NCBI RefSeq assembly: GCF_963921235.1
Contig: NC_086108.1
Location: forward strand, 26,910,001-26,974,000
DNA: 64,000 bases
DNA from: Mobula hypostoma
Taxonomy: Eukaryota
Direction of reading: 5' to 3'
Position 1 is the stretch's first letter, and every line of letters begins with the position of its first letter. The notes beneath the pieces are model-generated. The model had not been told where the DNA came from. It made no database searches and worked only from the letters and a program-made list of their open reading frames with translations. Of the stretch, positions 61,186 through 64,000 are shown piece after piece. A program made the translations under genes and the position numbers.

Positions 61186-64000
61186 GTACCACCCCCCCCC
61201 CTCAATGGGAGCCTCCAGGCGATCCTCCCCGCCTGTCCGGATGGTCCTGATGAAAATCCTGGATGAGGGAAGGGTCTAGGATGGAGACGCGGGGGACCCA
61301 GGGATGCTCTTCTGGACCATACCCTTCCCAGTCTACCAGATATTGGAGACCCCTGCCCCGAAGGGGCACATCTAGTAGTCATCGCACGGTGTATGCCGGA
61401 CGGTTGTCGATGATACGGGCAGGTGGAGGAGTCTTGGCTGGGGGACACAGCGGGCTGATGGAAACTGGCTTTAACTGAGACACATGAAAGGTCGGGTGGA
61501 TGCACATGGATCTAGGCAGCTTTAGGAGGACCACTGTGGGATTGATTACTCTTTCAACCTTGAATAGTCCCAGGAAGCGAGGGGCAAGTTTTCTATGTTC
61601 GTTCTTGAGCGGGATGTACTTGGAGGCCAGCCACACCATCTGCCCAGGTTGGTACTCCAGCGCCGGGATACGGTGTCAGTCAGCTGTCTTCTTATTTCGA
61701 TTTGTTGATTTGAGTAGGGCCGTGCGCGTCTCCTCCCAAATCTTAAGGCACCGATTAATATGGTCCTGAACCGACGGTACTGCAATCTCTTCTTCTTGCG
61801 CGAGAAACAGCCGGGGTTGGTACCCAAGGGAGCACTTGAACGGAGACCTCCCAATGGCAGAGCCCACCAGAGAGTTGTGGGCGTACTCAACCCACGGGAA
61901 GTGGCCGCTCCAGGTCGATGGGTTGTTTTCCGTTACACAACGAAGCGTCGCCTCCAGGTCTTGGTTTGCCCGTTCCGTCTGCCCATTCGTCTGGGGTGGA
62001 AGCCGGATGACAGGCTGACAGATGCGCCCAAGGCTTGGCAGAAGGCCTTCCATACTTGCAAGACAGACAGGGGACCTCGATTGGAGACGATGTCTGCAGG
62101 GATTCCGTGGAGGTGGAAGATGTGGCGGACGAGAAGATCTGCGGTTTCCTGAGAGGAAGGAGGTTTAAGGAGGGCTACGAAGTGCACCGCCTTAGAGAAC
62201 CGGTCTATCACGGTGAGGACAGTGGTGTTTCCGCGGGAAGGGGGTAGACCGGTGACGAAGTCTAAGGCGATGTGTGACCAGGGGCGACCAGGGACAGGTA
62301 GAGGACGAGGTAGCCCCGCAGATGGTCGATGAGAAGCCTTTCCCCGGGTACAGATGGAACAAGCTGAGACTTAAGAACGGGTGTCCCCCTCCATGGACGG
62401 CCACCAAAAGTACTTCCTCAGGAGAGCCAGGGTCCGATCACTCCCAGGGTGGCAGGCAAACCGGGATGTGTGCCACCACTGGAGAATCTGGGACCTGATG
62501 GAGGCGGGCACGTACAGGCAATCACCGGTCCATTGCCCCGGTCGGGGTCGTCCCACTGGGCTTCCTTTACTTTAGCCTCGATCTCCCAAGTGAGGGTGGC
62601 CACCATGCAGGAGGGTGGGCGGATAGTCTCGGGACTGGATGTGTCATCCTTGGAGTCATGCTGGCGGGACAGCACATCTGGCTTCCCGTTCTTGAATCCT
62701 AGATGGTACATGAGGGTAAACCTGAACCGACCAAAGAATAATGCCCTACGGGCCTGGCGAGAATTCAGACGTTTGGTGGTCTGGATTTATTCAAGGTTCT
62801 TATGGTCTGTCCAGACGATGAATGGGTGCTCCGCCCCCTCCAACCAGTGCCTCCATTCTTCCAATGCCAGTTTGACCGCCAGTAGCTCCAGTTCCCCACG
62901 TCGTAATTTCGTTCAGCGGGAGACAGTCGGCGAGAAAGGAAGGCACAAGGATGTAGTTTCTGATCCGGGCCCGAACGTTGGGACAGTACCGCTCCCACCC
63001 CGGAGTCGGAGGCGTCAACATCCACAATGAATTGACAGGAGGGGTCCGGTTGAATCAGAACGGGAGCAGACGTGAAGTGCCTCTTTAGTTCCGCGAATGC
63101 TGAGTCCGCCTCGGAGTTCCACAGGAAAGGTGTGGCAGGTGAGGTAAGTCGGGTCAGAGGAGCCGCCACCTGACTGTAGTTTCTGATGAACCGGCGATAG
63201 AAGTTCGCAAACCCCAGGAGCCGTTGGAGTTGCTTGCGGTCCGTGGGTTTGGGGCACTCCATCACAGCCCGGATCTTCTCGGGATCAGCCCTTACCTGTC
63301 CGCTCTCGATGATATAACCTAGGAAGCTGACCGAAGGGACATGGAATTCGCACTTCTCCGCCTTTACGAATAACTTATTCTCCCCCAGTCTCTGCAGGAC
63401 TTGACGGACATGAAGAACGTGTTGCTGGGGACTGCTGGAAAAGTTTAGGATGTCATCCAGATAGACAAACACAAAGCGGTTAATAAAGTCTCTTAGTACA
63501 TCGTTAATCAAGGCTTGAAAGACTGCAGGGGCATTGGTGAGGCCAAAAGGCATGACCAAGTACTCGACATGGCCTAAAGGGGTATTGAATGCTGTCTTCC
63601 ACTCGACCCTCTCCCTTATTCGGACCAGATGGTAGGCGCTTCGTAGGTCCAGCTTCGAGAAGATGGCGGCTCCGTGAAGTGGTTCGAACGCAGAACTTAT
63701 CAGAGGCAGTGGGTACTTGTTCTTTATGGTTATATGATTTAGGCCTCGATAGTCGATGTAGGGACGTAGGGAACCATCCTTCTTCCCCACGAAGAAGAAC
63801 CCTGCGCCCACCAGGGAGGATGACAGTTGGATGATTCCCGCTGCGAGAGATTCACTGATGTAACCCTCCAATGCTTCCCTCTCTGGCCGGGACAAGTTAT
63901 ACAGCTGACTGGTGGGCAGAAGAGCTCCGGGGAGAAGTTCGATAGCACAATCGTATGGTCGGTGTGGAGGCAGGGAAAGGGAGCGTTGCTTACTAAACAC
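61186..64000 (-). mobile_element. Sushi-like chromoviral Ty3/Gypsy pol (RT, RNase H, integrase, chromodomain), frameshifted, running off the window
   Basis: [25 protein letters not shown]; RNase [12 protein letters not shown]; integrase GHPG-like zinc finger, [30 protein letters not shown]; chromodomain [13 protein letters not shown]. Confidence 0.95.
62765..64000 (-). pseudogene. Gypsy RT/RNase H frame
   Basis: 411-aa ORF track entry; leaves the pol frame after ERNYDVG. Confidence 0.9.

Overview
Repeat-saturated eukaryotic (vertebrate) intronic/intergenic DNA with no recognisable host protein-coding exon. The repeat complement (V-domain tRNA-derived SINEs of the HE1 type, abundant CR1 LINEs, Rex1/Babar, Penelope-like GIY-YIG elements) suggests a cartilaginous fish, probably a ray; this is an inference. 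The window holds many nested, mostly degraded CR1 and Rex1/Babar LINE fragments and an L1 with a precise twin-priming 5' inversion. It also contains Tc1 and Tigger/pogo DNA transposons, a solo LTR, a near-full-length HERO-type RLE retrotransposon, and the 3' half of a Sushi-like chromoviral Ty3/Gypsy element. The most interesting system is a Penelope-like element (PLE) family whose termini carry minimal type-I hammerhead ribozymes. It inserts as head-to-head inverted structures ranging from a 1.65 kb palindrome with two open GIY-YIG frames down to ~220 bp MITE-like hairpins whose inversion junctions fall at the ribozyme. A repeat-free island at 47.5-49.1 kb carries candidate regulatory motifs and a degenerate 41-42 bp periodic array. 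All family assignments come from motif recognition, not database searches, and many boundaries are approximate.
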